DNA of 64,000 nt, taken from an uncultured Candidatus Binatia bacterium (GTDB lineage Bacteria > Desulfobacterota > Binatia > Bin18). The stretch is from assembly GCA_958296235.1 (NCBI GenBank), contig OY282457.1:4545684-4609683 (forward strand), read 5' to 3'. Shown here in pieces: positions 10,480-19,374 of the stretch; the stretch's first letter is position 1; the number at the start of each line of letters is the position of its first letter. Position numbers and translations under genes: made by a program. Below the pieces are notes generated by a model. That model saw nothing but the letters and a program-made list of their open reading frames with translations. It ran no database searches and was not told the origin of the DNA.

Positions 10480-10680
10480 ATGAACATGGCGGTGTCGTTC
10501 TCAAAAATTACAGATGTCTTTGGAGCAGAAATCGAGGGCGTGGATATCGCGGCTGGGGTCAGCGAAACGGCCATGGGCGACATCGTCGATTTATTTAACG
10601 AATACTCCATCCTGATTTTCCACGGTCAGAAAATACACGACGCGCAGCAGAACAGCAGCACATACGGCCGAGTCCGCTGA
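10480..10680 (+). pseudogene. N-terminal remnant of a TauD/TfdA-family Fe(II)/2OG dioxygenase
   Basis: 66-aa ORF with AGGAGG upstream. Matches only the first about 60 residues of TauD (ITDVFGAEIEGVDIAAGVSETAMGDIVDLFNEYSILIFHGQKIHDAQQ) and then stops. Confidence 0.4.
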
Positions 10681-10700
10681 CCGCCTCCCTGACCAGAGGC

Positions 10701-10719
10701 TTGCCCCTGGTGATATCAT
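10701..10719 (+). promoter_or_regulatory. Candidate VapB operator: two TGATATCA palindromes 3 bp apart
   Basis: TGATATCAtttTGATATCA lies 40 bp upstream of the vapB start. Confidence 0.35.
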
Positions 10720-10757
10720 TTTGATATCAATACGAACAAATACCGGAGGTGGCGCGT

Positions 10758-10994
10758 ATGGCTCAGGTACTTGTGCGAAACCTGGACGAACAAACTGTTG
10801 CTCAACTGAAGAAGCGGGCTGGCGGGAACGGACGCTCCCTCCAGGCTGAGTTGAAGCTGTTACTCGAACAAGCGGCCCGGCCTGATGGGATGGATGCGTG
10901 GCTGAGGGTTAAGCAGTTTCGAGCAAAAATGAAAAAGTCGCGGCGAACTTTCACTGATAGCGCGCCGCTTATCCGAGAGGACCGGAAACGGTGA
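10758..10994 (+). CDS. vapB: VapB/FitA-type ribbon-helix-helix antitoxin
   Basis: MAQVLVRNLDEQTVAQLKKRA is the Arc/MetJ-type RHH N-terminus typical of FitA/VapB. Overlaps vapC by 4 nt. Confidence 0.7.
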   Translation: MAQVLVRNLDEQTVAQLKKRAGGNGRSLQAELKLLLEQAARPDGMDAWLRVKQFRAKMKKSRRTFTDSAPLIREDRKR

Positions 10995-11416
10995 GCGCCT
11001 ATGTTGTTGATACCAGCGTTGCCGTTAAATGGTTCTTGCCAGAAATCCACAGTGAGGCGGCCCTGCGGCTCCATGCCCCAACGCATCAACTGCACCTCCC
11101 CGCATTCTCGATTGTAGAATTTGGAAACGTCCTGTGCAAAAAGGTCAGACGCAACGAGGTAACGATTGCGGAAAGTGAATCCATATTTGCTTTGTTTCAA
11201 AGACTTCCCTTGTCCATTCACCCGGATAAAGAATCTTTAGCCCTCGCCTTCGATCTGGCTCATTTGACTCAACGCAGTCTGTACGATTGCCTCTATTTGG
11301 CGCTCGCTATCAGGCTGACGGGAGAAATGGTCACCGCGGACAGGAAATTCTTCACTGCGCTCAATGGGAGTGCATTTGACTCCCATCTCTGTTGGGTGGA
11401 AAGTGTACCAGAATGA
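10991..11416 (+). CDS. vapC: PIN-domain ribonuclease toxin VapC
   Basis: PIN acidic residues (VVDTSVAV, ..D..). ATGA overlap with the antitoxin gene. Confidence 0.8.
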   Translation: MSAYVVDTSVAVKWFLPEIHSEAALRLHAPTHQLHLPAFSIVEFGNVLCKKVRRNEVTIAESESIFALFQRLPLSIHPDKESLALAFDLAHLTQRSLYDCLYLALAIRLTGEMVTADRKFFTALNGSAFDSHLCWVESVPE

Positions 11417-11755
11417 GGCTTAGGCGAGCGATAAGAAGCAGCTTGCCGTGAGATACGCGTCCATCATTCCCCGTTCAGCGCTGGCTCAGGCTTAATGACC
11501 TCGGCCCCAAGGTCACTCAGAATCCGGGTGCCGGCTGGACCGGCTCAGGCATGGGTACAGGCGAGTCCGGTAATCCCGCTGAGTAGCTTTGAACGGTCTG
11601 GATTGGACGCTGCCCTGTCAGTTCTCCCTGTGGTTATTCCGCCGGCTGTCATCTCATCTGTTTCCGCCCCGGCCACGAATGGACGGCTCTCGTGTTTCTC
11701 TATATATCTCGTGTGGATAGTGCAAAAGTCAACGCAATGAAGAAAGGACACACGG

Positions 11756-12667
11756 ATGCGCATTGGTATGATGATCGGCGAAGGAGCGGGCGAATCGCCC
11801 AGCATGGATGAAGTGATTCGGCGGGCGCAGCGCGCTGAGGAGGTCGGGCTCGACACGGGCTGGCTGGCGCAGATTTTCTCACACGACGCCATTAATCTGC
11901 TCGCCTTGGTGGGCCGGGAGACCACACGGATCGAACTCGGAACGGCTGTCGTGCCGACCTATCCGCGCCATCCCGTGGTAATGGGCCAGGCCGCACTGAC
12001 CACCCAAGCGGCCTGCCAGGGGCGCTTTACGCTGGGAATCGGGCTGTCGCATCAAATGGTGATCGAGGGCATGTTCGGCATGTCGTATACCCGCCATATG
12101 GCGCATATGCGCGATTATCTGAGCATTTTGAAACCGGTATTGCGCGGCGAGGCAGTAAAGTACCAAGGCGAAGAATATCGCGCCAATCTTGAGGTCGCGG
12201 TCCAGGGGGCCGACCCGGTCCCGCTCGTGCTGGCCGCGCTCGGACCCAAAATGCTTGACCTGTGTGGGCGGGAGGCCCAGGGGACCGTCACTTGGATGGC
12301 CGGCCATAAGGCGCTCAAAGACCATGTTGTCCCGCGGATCACCGCGGCGGCCCAAGCCGCCGGCGCGCCGGCGCCGCGCGTCATTGCCGGGGTGCCTATG
12401 GCCGTCACCAATGATCGGCAAAACACTCGTGAAGTGGCGGCAAAGGTCTTCGCCATTTACGGCCAGCTGCCGGCCTACCGGGACATGCTGGATCGAGGGG
12501 GAGCTCAGGCTCCGGTTGACATGATTCTGGCCGGCGACGCCGGTGTTCTCAAGGATGAGGTCAAACGCCTGGAAGATATCGGCGTCACCGACCTGTGCGC
12601 CTTTGTTTTTCACGCCGATGCCACGGCCTTTGAGCGCACTGTCGATTTCCTGGGTTCGCTGAACTGA
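11756..12667 (+). CDS. LLM-class F420-dependent oxidoreductase
   Basis: Luciferase-like monooxygenase fold (MRIGMMIG ... LGIGLSH). Confidence 0.75.
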   Translation: MRIGMMIGEGAGESPSMDEVIRRAQRAEEVGLDTGWLAQIFSHDAINLLALVGRETTRIELGTAVVPTYPRHPVVMGQAALTTQAACQGRFTLGIGLSHQMVIEGMFGMSYTRHMAHMRDYLSILKPVLRGEAVKYQGEEYRANLEVAVQGADPVPLVLAALGPKMLDLCGREAQGTVTWMAGHKALKDHVVPRITAAAQAAGAPAPRVIAGVPMAVTNDRQNTREVAAKVFAIYGQLPAYRDMLDRGGAQAPVDMILAGDAGVLKDEVKRLEDIGVTDLCAFVFHADATAFERTVDFLGSLN

Positions 12668-12674
12668 ACGGCCA

Positions 12675-14141
12675 TTGCTCGCGGGGACAGTCAGCGTGAA
12701 AACTCTTGCCCGCAGCCTCCTGGGCCTGCTCGTGCTGAGTGTCGCCTACACGGGTGGGTACGCTTTTCTGTTGGCCGGCCACGAGCGAGCCGTCCAGCGC
12801 GCGACCCTGCAACAGGCCATATTTTTCTCTCTGGTCGGCGCGGGGAACAGGGGCGCGCTTGAAACCGGCATGCAGATGTTTGACCGGGTCCGCAGACTGG
12901 AGATTCAAGCCGCTCCCCGTTTTGTGGACTTTCTGTGGCAGGCTCCCGAAACTGACACGCCGAACGCGCGCGTTCTTGAGGACTGGGCCGAGCGTTTCTT
13001 TTCTTCCTGTGAAGCCACAGTCTGTCAGAACCTGTCTCTGAGCGGGCTCAATCTCCAGGGCATACGCCTGAGCGGCGCCCGTTTAGTCCGGGCCGATTTA
13101 AGCGCAAGTAACTTACAGGCGGCTGATCTCTCAGAAGCGGATTTGAGCGAGGCCGACCTGCGCGGGGCGAATCTGACCGGGGCGCGCCTGGTTGGAACGC
13201 GCCTGCGCTATGCCAATTTTCTGGATGCCCAGCTAACCCAGGCCGACCTGGAGCGCGCGAACCTGTCAGATGCCGAGCTCCACGGCGTCAATCTCAGCCA
13301 CGGTAATCTCCAATGGACGAAGCTGAACCGGACCAATCTGACCGGGGCGAATCTGGCTGGAGCCAATCTGTACGGCGCTGACCTGCGCGGCGCGAAGCTC
13401 GAAGGGATTCAACTGCCTGGGGCCATTCTGGTGGGGGTCGACCTCATTGGCGCCGGCCTCATAGCAGCGGACCTGCAAGGGGCCGATCTTGAAGAGGCCG
13501 ACCTGATTGAAGCCAGGCTGCGTGGCGCAAATCTGGCCGGAGCGAACCTGAAGGCGGCCAACCTGCATAAGGCGCACCTGTTTCAAGCCAATCTGAGCCA
13601 GGCCACGCTGGTGAGCGCGGATCTGTTTCAAACCAATCTGGTGGGCGCAACCCTGGTCGGCGCTGACCTGAGCGGGGCGGAACTAAAACAGACCGACTTC
13701 AGCGGAGCAAACCTGCAAGGGGCGAAGCTGACCGGGGCGAATCTGGCTGGGGCCGAGCTGTCCGGCGCGAAGATCGACACCCACACCCGATTGGACGAAA
13801 AATGGCGTCTGGTCTGGGATATCGTCAACGAGAAGGGCAAAGTGACGCATCTGGCCGGCGCCAACCTGCGTGATGCGGCCCTGGCCGGCGTGACCTTGGA
13901 GGGCGCTGACCTGAATGGGGCCGACCTGAGCGGAGCCATCCTGCGCTATGCCATCCTCACCGGAGCCGATATGACCGGCAGTTCGCTGCAACGGGCGGAT
14001 TTGTACGAGGCCGACCTGGCCGGGGCAAATCTGGCCGGCGCTGATTTAAGCGGGGCGCAGGGACTGACCAGAGAACAGCTCGAATCTGCCCAGACGTATA
14101 CGGCCGCGCGTCTGCCCGACTATCTCAACGGGCGGAAGTAA
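12675..14141 (+). CDS. Pentapeptide-repeat protein with N-terminal membrane segment
   Basis: More than 60 consecutive A(D/N)LxxANL pentapeptide repeats after an N-terminal hydrophobic region. Confidence 0.8.
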   Translation: MLAGTVSVKTLARSLLGLLVLSVAYTGGYAFLLAGHERAVQRATLQQAIFFSLVGAGNRGALETGMQMFDRVRRLEIQAAPRFVDFLWQAPETDTPNARVLEDWAERFFSSCEATVCQNLSLSGLNLQGIRLSGARLVRADLSASNLQAADLSEADLSEADLRGANLTGARLVGTRLRYANFLDAQLTQADLERANLSDAELHGVNLSHGNLQWTKLNRTNLTGANLAGANLYGADLRGAKLEGIQLPGAILVGVDLIGAGLIAADLQGADLEEADLIEARLRGANLAGANLKAANLHKAHLFQANLSQATLVSADLFQTNLVGATLVGADLSGAELKQTDFSGANLQGAKLTGANLAGAELSGAKIDTHTRLDEKWRLVWDIVNEKGKVTHLAGANLRDAALAGVTLEGADLNGADLSGAILRYAILTGADMTGSSLQRADLYEADLAGANLAGADLSGAQGLTREQLESAQTYTAARLPDYLNGRK

Positions 14142-14149
14142 GCCAGCAT

Positions 14150-14262
14150 GGAGAGACCGTTCGTCAGCCCAGCAGGCTCAGGGCCACCCTCTCCCGCTGG
14201 GAGAGGGGTTGGGGTGAGGGCGAAACAGCGCCCTGGGCCGCTGAACAACTTAATTTGCGTTG
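14150..14262. mobile_element. Partial internal copy of the GC-rich MITE-like element family; lacks terminal inverted repeats
   Basis: Matches the reverse complement of the 19120-19235 interior of the 19.0-kb copy (CCACCCTCTCCCGCTGGGAGAGGGG ... GAACAACTTAATTTGC). Confidence 0.45.
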
Positions 14263-14263
14263 C

Positions 14264-15469
14264 CTACTTCGCGTTGGGCTGCCCTTGGGCGACATCGGCG
14301 ATAGCCAGCCGATAGCCGGTGTCTTTTTCGTAGCGCTCGATTTCCTTTGCCACGGCGTCCATCGCCCCACCAATCAGCGTGTCGTGGTCTGTCCGACACC
14401 ACTCCCTGGAAGCGACGGCTCGATCAGCGGAACTCTGGACATGGGGAAAGACTTCTTTGGCCAACAGCTCATACGAATTGAGACAGGCCTGACGCTCGGC
14501 CCAGTCATTGGCCATCAGCATATAGCACCCAAAACCACCGGACTGTTTTGTCAGCCGTTCGAGCTGAGCGACCGCATCGTCCGGCGTGCCAATGACGGCC
14601 GTTCCAGACTCAACCAGCGCGTGGGGCCATTTGCGTGGGTCTGTTTCCTCAGGGGCGAGGGGCAGGGCCACCACGTTTCGGAAGTAATCGATCCAGTCAT
14701 AAATGCCGTACTCCACCTCTTTGAAAGCCTGCTCGCGGGTGGGCGCGATGTGCATTGGCCCAACCAGACGCCAGGCTGATCGATCAACTGTATGCCCGTA
14801 CTCTTTGGCCTGGTCATTCCAGACCTTCCAGTGATCGCCCAGAACGGCAAAGCCGCCCATGCTGGTCGCGCCCAGTGAAAGCAGGCCGGCGCCATAGCGG
14901 CCCGCAGTCCGGGGACCGGCCGGCGACACGGTTGCGGCAACCGCAATTTCAAAGTGCGGATAGGTATACGGCCGGAGCTGAAGGCGGGCATCTTTCAGCG
15001 TGAACCAGTCGGTTTCCATATTGACCGGTTCGTCCGAGGTCAGGAGCTGTATGATAGCGCCTAGCGACTCTTCCATGCGTAGGCGTTGCGTGTCCGGCGG
15101 TATGCCCATCATATACGCGTCCGACGGCAGGGCCCCCGGACCAACGCCGAACATGGTTCGCCCGCGCGTCATATGGTCGAGCTGGACAATACGGTCGGCC
15201 AGGATCAACGGATGGTGGTAGGGCAGGGAGCTGACGCCGGTGCCTAAGCGAATATGGTTTGTCCGCTGGGCTGCCGCGGCAATAAACACCTCGGGCGAGG
15301 CAATGATTTCCAAGCCGGCCGAATGGTGCTCACCGACCCAGGCTTCGTCATAGCCGAGCTCGTCCAGGCGAACGATCAGTTCCAGGTCACGCTCAAGAGC
15401 AAGGGTGGGGTTCTGACCCGCGGGGTGAAACGGAGCCATAAAAATACCAAAACGTAACGGGCGTTCCAT
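14264..15469 (-). CDS. LLM-class flavin-dependent oxidoreductase (luciferase-like monooxygenase)
   Basis: Bacterial luciferase-like TIM-barrel motifs (FGIFMAPFH ... GEHHSA). Confidence 0.8.
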   Translation of the reverse strand: MERPLRFGIFMAPFHPAGQNPTLALERDLELIVRLDELGYDEAWVGEHHSAGLEIIASPEVFIAAAAQRTNHIRLGTGVSSLPYHHPLILADRIVQLDHMTRGRTMFGVGPGALPSDAYMMGIPPDTQRLRMEESLGAIIQLLTSDEPVNMETDWFTLKDARLQLRPYTYPHFEIAVAATVSPAGPRTAGRYGAGLLSLGATSMGGFAVLGDHWKVWNDQAKEYGHTVDRSAWRLVGPMHIAPTREQAFKEVEYGIYDWIDYFRNVVALPLAPEETDPRKWPHALVESGTAVIGTPDDAVAQLERLTKQSGGFGCYMLMANDWAERQACLNSYELLAKEVFPHVQSSADRAVASREWCRTDHDTLIGGAMDAVAKEIERYEKDTGYRLAIADVAQGQPNAK

Positions 15470-15660
15470 ACTATCCTCCAGTTCCCGAGCGTGACGGCCA
15501 GCCCTGCTGGTCAGGCTGTTATTTCAGCTCGGAGATACAGCACGAGACAATCGAACAACGGAAGAAAACCATAGCGGACTCTCTGCTGGGCCTCAATGCG
15601 CGACGTGGCGTCCCGGTTTGCAGATTCTCCCTCACCCCGAAGGGGAAGGGGCGTAGCTCT

Positions 15661-16836
15661 TCACGCCTCAAGCAAACCAAGGGCCTGATAAGTCGCGTGT
15701 TCAAATCGTTCGTACACGGGAATGGCCTTGACATCAAAAAAGGGCAAAATCTGCATCAGGATGACGCCAGTGACCCGCTTGGTCGGATCAATCCAGTAAT
15801 AGGAGTTGAAGAGGCCGGCCCAGCTCAGGCTGCCGGCGGAACGGGCCCCGGGCAGCGCGCTGGTGTTAATCAAAAACCCCAAGCCGTGTTTGTGCACGAC
15901 ACCGGGGGAGAATTTCACATCGTTGGAAAGCGGCGGGAGGGCGGTGGTCATGTCTCCGGCGGCCAGGTCGCCAATATGGTTCTCCGCCATCAGGGCAACT
16001 GTCTCGGGCTTGAGGATCTGCTGCCCGTTATGGCTGCCGGCCTTGAGCATCATCTGAACAAAGGCCAGATAGTCCGCAGCAGTGGAACTCAGACCGTGCC
16101 CGCCGCTCTGGTATTCGGCGTCGGGAGTTACCAACTCAAGCTCCGCGGGGGCGAGCGTGCCGTCTTCACCGCGCTGATGGACACTGACCGTGCGGGCCTC
16201 CTGTTCTGCCGAACGCGCAAACCCGGTATCGGTCATACCCAGCGGCTCAAAAACGTGCTGAGACAGATAGTCCCCCAAGGTGTGGCCGCTGACGGCCTCA
16301 ACCAGTTGGCCGACCCAATCCGTGTTAATTCCGTACTCCCAGCGTTCTCCCGGATCGCACACCAAGGGCATATGCAGGGCGGCCTTTTTGCCGCTGCCAA
16401 CGCCCGGTTTCCCGGTTGCTGTCTGGTATTGGCCGAGGCCGGGGTTCCAGATTTCATAGCCAAACCCGGCGGTATGGGTCAGCAGATGACGGGCGGTGAC
16501 GGGGCGTTTGGCCGGGCGGAGTTGGGGTTGGCCGGCGGCGTCAAATCCGTCCAGCACCTCAAGCTCGGCAAGTTCGGGCAGGATTTCACCCAAGGGCTGG
16601 TCAAGTCCGAATTTCCCCTGCTCGTAGAGCTGCATGGCGGCGACCGAGGCAACCGCCTTGGTCATGGACGCAATGCGAAAAACGGTGTCCGTTGTCATGG
16701 CCGGGCCGGCACCGAGCTTGCGTGTCCCAAACGCGCCGGCGTACACCGGCCCCGAGTCAGTGGCGACCGCTGCGACCACGCCCGGAATATCGCCCGACTC
16801 AACCGCTTGACTGAGGACGGCATCAATCTGCTGCAT
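15661..16836 (-). CDS. Serine hydrolase, beta-lactamase/transpeptidase-like
   Basis: SxxK active-site motif (ASMTK), YxN-like motif and the class C/EstB-like fold. Confidence 0.8.
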   Translation of the reverse strand: MQQIDAVLSQAVESGDIPGVVAAVATDSGPVYAGAFGTRKLGAGPAMTTDTVFRIASMTKAVASVAAMQLYEQGKFGLDQPLGEILPELAELEVLDGFDAAGQPQLRPAKRPVTARHLLTHTAGFGYEIWNPGLGQYQTATGKPGVGSGKKAALHMPLVCDPGERWEYGINTDWVGQLVEAVSGHTLGDYLSQHVFEPLGMTDTGFARSAEQEARTVSVHQRGEDGTLAPAELELVTPDAEYQSGGHGLSSTAADYLAFVQMMLKAGSHNGQQILKPETVALMAENHIGDLAAGDMTTALPPLSNDVKFSPGVVHKHGLGFLINTSALPGARSAGSLSWAGLFNSYYWIDPTKRVTGVILMQILPFFDVKAIPVYERFEHATYQALGLLEA

Positions 16837-16854
16837 GGCTTTCCCTTCCTTTCC

Positions 16855-17328
16855 TTACGGTGTGGTATCCGGTGTGACTTTGATGGCTACAGTCTTGCCC
16901 GACTCCACACGGCTCACACGTGGCCGCGCAAAGCCCAACCAGGCAAGCCAGTATTTGTTGTTATAGGCTTCACCCATGCGTTCGACGATAGCCGCGTCCG
17001 TAAAAATCTCGGCTCTGCCGGTAAACACCGGACCGTCTTTTCCTCCGACGGCGATACGCACCGCGTTGCGACCGCTTGTAATACGCCTGGCTTTATACGA
17101 ACTTGGTGAGGCGGTGAGATAGAGCACCTCATCGGCATACCAGAACCAGACCGGCGCCGCGCTGCTCCACTCGCCGCTCTTGCGTGTGGTGGAAACATAG
17201 ACCTCCTTTGCCGTCTGGAGCTGAGCAATCGTATCGCTGTCCAGGGCCGATGCCGCCCGGACCATGCCCGGAATGAGTCCGGCCAGGCAGAGCGTGAGTA
17301 TCATAAGCAGTGTAGAAAAGGCAGACAT
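16855..17328 (-). CDS. Secreted PNPOx-like (pyridoxamine 5'-phosphate oxidase family) split-barrel protein
   Basis: N-terminal signal peptide. Core VYVSTTRKSGEWSSAAPVWFWYADEVLYLTASPSSYKARRI resembles the PPOX-class FMN/F420-binding fold. Confidence 0.5.
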   Translation of the reverse strand: MSAFSTLLMILTLCLAGLIPGMVRAASALDSDTIAQLQTAKEVYVSTTRKSGEWSSAAPVWFWYADEVLYLTASPSSYKARRITSGRNAVRIAVGGKDGPVFTGRAEIFTDAAIVERMGEAYNNKYWLAWLGFARPRVSRVESGKTVAIKVTPDTTP

Positions 17329-17349
17329 CGCATCCTCCAGGTGAGAGCA

Positions 17350-18495
17350 TTATTCTGCTTCGAGCGCGTCCGACAGGCGCACGAAGGCGTTAAAAAAATC
17401 TTCTTTGAATTCCTGGACCACGGCCGCGGCGGACATCTGGCGATCCATCAGTCCGACCCCCTGGCCGACCCAATAGGTTGCCAAGTCCTTGGCCCCGGCA
17501 TGACCACTCTGAGAGAGCTTGTCCACGCGGCCCAGGGCCGGCTCAGTGACCAGGGATTGCAGCGGCATCGGCAGGGGCGCAGGGCTGTCCTCAGCCTCCC
17601 AGGCGTCTGTCCACGGAGACCTGAGTTGACGCGAATACTTGCCCGTGCGGGCTTTTGAGCGCACCGTATCGCCGGATGAGGCGTGCAGCATTTTTTCCTT
17701 GACGACCGGATTGGTTTCCGCCTCACTCGTCGTCAGCCACACCGAACCCGTCCAGACTCCTGCGGCTCCCATAGCCATGCAGGCGGCCATTTGGCGGCCC
17801 GTTACAATACCTCCTGCGGCTAAAATCGGGATATTGCCATACGACTGCATGGCTGCATGAATTTCGGGAATCAGCACCAGGGTCGAGACATCGCCGCAAT
17901 GGCCGCCGGCCTCTCCGCCGGCCGCAATCAGAATGTCCACCCCGGCTTGCGCCTGGCGGATGGCGTGCTTTTTTGCGCCAACCAGGGCGGCGACCTGCAC
18001 GCCGTGCCGTTTGCCCATCTCCAGCATAATGGTGGGCGGAACCCCCAGCGCGTTGGCCACGAGTTTGATCGGATGCGAAAAGGCCACCTCCAGGGTTTCG
18101 GCCGCGCCGCTGGCCTGCATATTCTGGCTGGCCCGGAAGGTCTCGGCGCGAAAGCTGTAGAGCCCTTCCGCCGGGATATCGTGCTGGGCCAGAATCCCGG
18201 CTGCGAACTGGAAATACTCCTGGGGAATAGCCGCCTCAACCTTGTTGCGATTCAGTCCGCCAGCGCTCACCTTGGCCATCTTGTTGGGGACAATCAGATC
18301 GATGCCGTACGGCTTGCCCTCAATGTGCGCATCAATCCAGCGCAACTCTTCTTCCAGGCGATCCGGCGGATGGGCGACCGCGCCAAACACCCCCATGCCG
18401 CCCGCCTTGGAGACTGCCACCACGACATCGCGGCAGTGGGTAAAGGCAATCAGGGGAAACTCAATGCCAAACATTTCGCAGATGGGAGTATTCAT
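17350..18495 (-). CDS. Nitronate monooxygenase (NMO / 2-nitropropane dioxygenase family)
   Basis: NMO TIM-barrel motifs (GMGVFGA, IAAGGI). Confidence 0.85.
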   Translation of the reverse strand: MNTPICEMFGIEFPLIAFTHCRDVVVAVSKAGGMGVFGAVAHPPDRLEEELRWIDAHIEGKPYGIDLIVPNKMAKVSAGGLNRNKVEAAIPQEYFQFAAGILAQHDIPAEGLYSFRAETFRASQNMQASGAAETLEVAFSHPIKLVANALGVPPTIMLEMGKRHGVQVAALVGAKKHAIRQAQAGVDILIAAGGEAGGHCGDVSTLVLIPEIHAAMQSYGNIPILAAGGIVTGRQMAACMAMGAAGVWTGSVWLTTSEAETNPVVKEKMLHASSGDTVRSKARTGKYSRQLRSPWTDAWEAEDSPAPLPMPLQSLVTEPALGRVDKLSQSGHAGAKDLATYWVGQGVGLMDRQMSAAAVVQEFKEDFFNAFVRLSDALEAE

Positions 18496-18520
18496 GCTGG
18501 TCCTCTTTTCATATCCAGCC

Positions 18521-18886
18521 CTATTTCTTTTCCTTCTTCTCCAGGTCGCGCAAAAACTGAATGTTCAACTCAAGTTTTTCCCCCAGCCACAGGGCGCGGT
18601 GCGAGTGGTCGGCCACATCGTCCTCAGTCCGTGGATGAATAAGGACGTTGAGACCGGAATGATTCAACATCAACCAGGGAACGAGGCTCTCAAACTGCTC
18701 CGGCTGAAAGGCGACCTGATACATGGCTTGCGGATGCGGTCCCACCGGCTTGTCGCGCCAGCGGCCCATTTCAACCTCGAATTGATCGCTGATGGCTGCA
18801 CGGATGCCCGCCGCGGTCGCGCGGGTGGACTCATCATAATACACATGCGCGTGGAACCCTTTGATTTCGCTTTTGTCCTGTTGCAT
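18521..18886 (-). CDS. DOPA 4,5-dioxygenase-family protein
   Basis: FHAHVYYD motif near the N-terminus. Start at MQQDKS with GGGAGG upstream. Confidence 0.6.
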   Translation of the reverse strand: MQQDKSEIKGFHAHVYYDESTRATAAGIRAAISDQFEVEMGRWRDKPVGPHPQAMYQVAFQPEQFESLVPWLMLNHSGLNVLIHPRTEDDVADHSHRALWLGEKLELNIQFLRDLEKKEKK

Positions 18887-19006
18887 GGGGCCTCCCTTTA
18901 TGCTCCGGTTTATTGAGTGCCACACGGGCCATACGTCACCGCCTGCTGATTATTGACTCAAGTCTGTGGTTTATGCCGGTCTAAAGCAAGTCCCTCAACA
19001 TGCGGT

Positions 19007-19355
19007 CGTGTCTCAGTTTTACATCCCCCGCCCCCGCTGCCGGCTCAGCGCCCCCCCACCCTGACCCTCCCCCTCAGAGGGGGGAGGGGATATTTATTCC
19101 CTCTCCCTCCAGACGTGTGGTGCAAATTAAGTTGTTCAGTGGCCCAGGGCGCTGTTTCGCCCCGCTCCCAGCGGGAGCGGGGCGCTTGTCTTTCCTTTGT
19201 CTTTCCCTCTCCCCTGGAGGGAGAGGGTGGCCCTGAGCCTGTCGAAGGGCCGGGTGAGGGGGCCGACGGACCGCCCGGGGGGTCTGCGACACAATGTGCA
19301 TCACACGTTCCAGGAGAGAGGGGTAGGGTGAGGAGGAAAATGCAAACTGGGACAC
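19007..19355. mobile_element. GC-rich MITE-like element, 349 bp, with about 17-bp terminal inverted repeats
   Basis: Ends GTGTCTCAGTTTTACAT and ATGCAAACTGGGACAC are inverted repeats. Interior has G/C hairpins (CCCTCTCCCTCCAG.../...CCTGGAGGGAGAGGG). No coding potential. Homologous to 27293-27722. Confidence 0.6.
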
Positions 19356-19374
19356 TACCCAACATGCGTGACGG

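Noticed and set aside
13266-13991. Minus-strand ORFs within the pentapeptide-repeat gene
   Set aside because: Generated by the periodic repeat. They mirror the sense repeats and have no independent signals.
15697-17109. 470-aa plus-strand ORF
   Set aside because: Antisense to the serine-hydrolase and PNPOx-like genes. Gly/Arg-rich translation typical of GC-rich antisense frames.
17857-18642. 261-aa plus-strand ORF
   Set aside because: Antisense to the nitronate monooxygenase gene, which has strong family motifs. No SD and no domain similarity.
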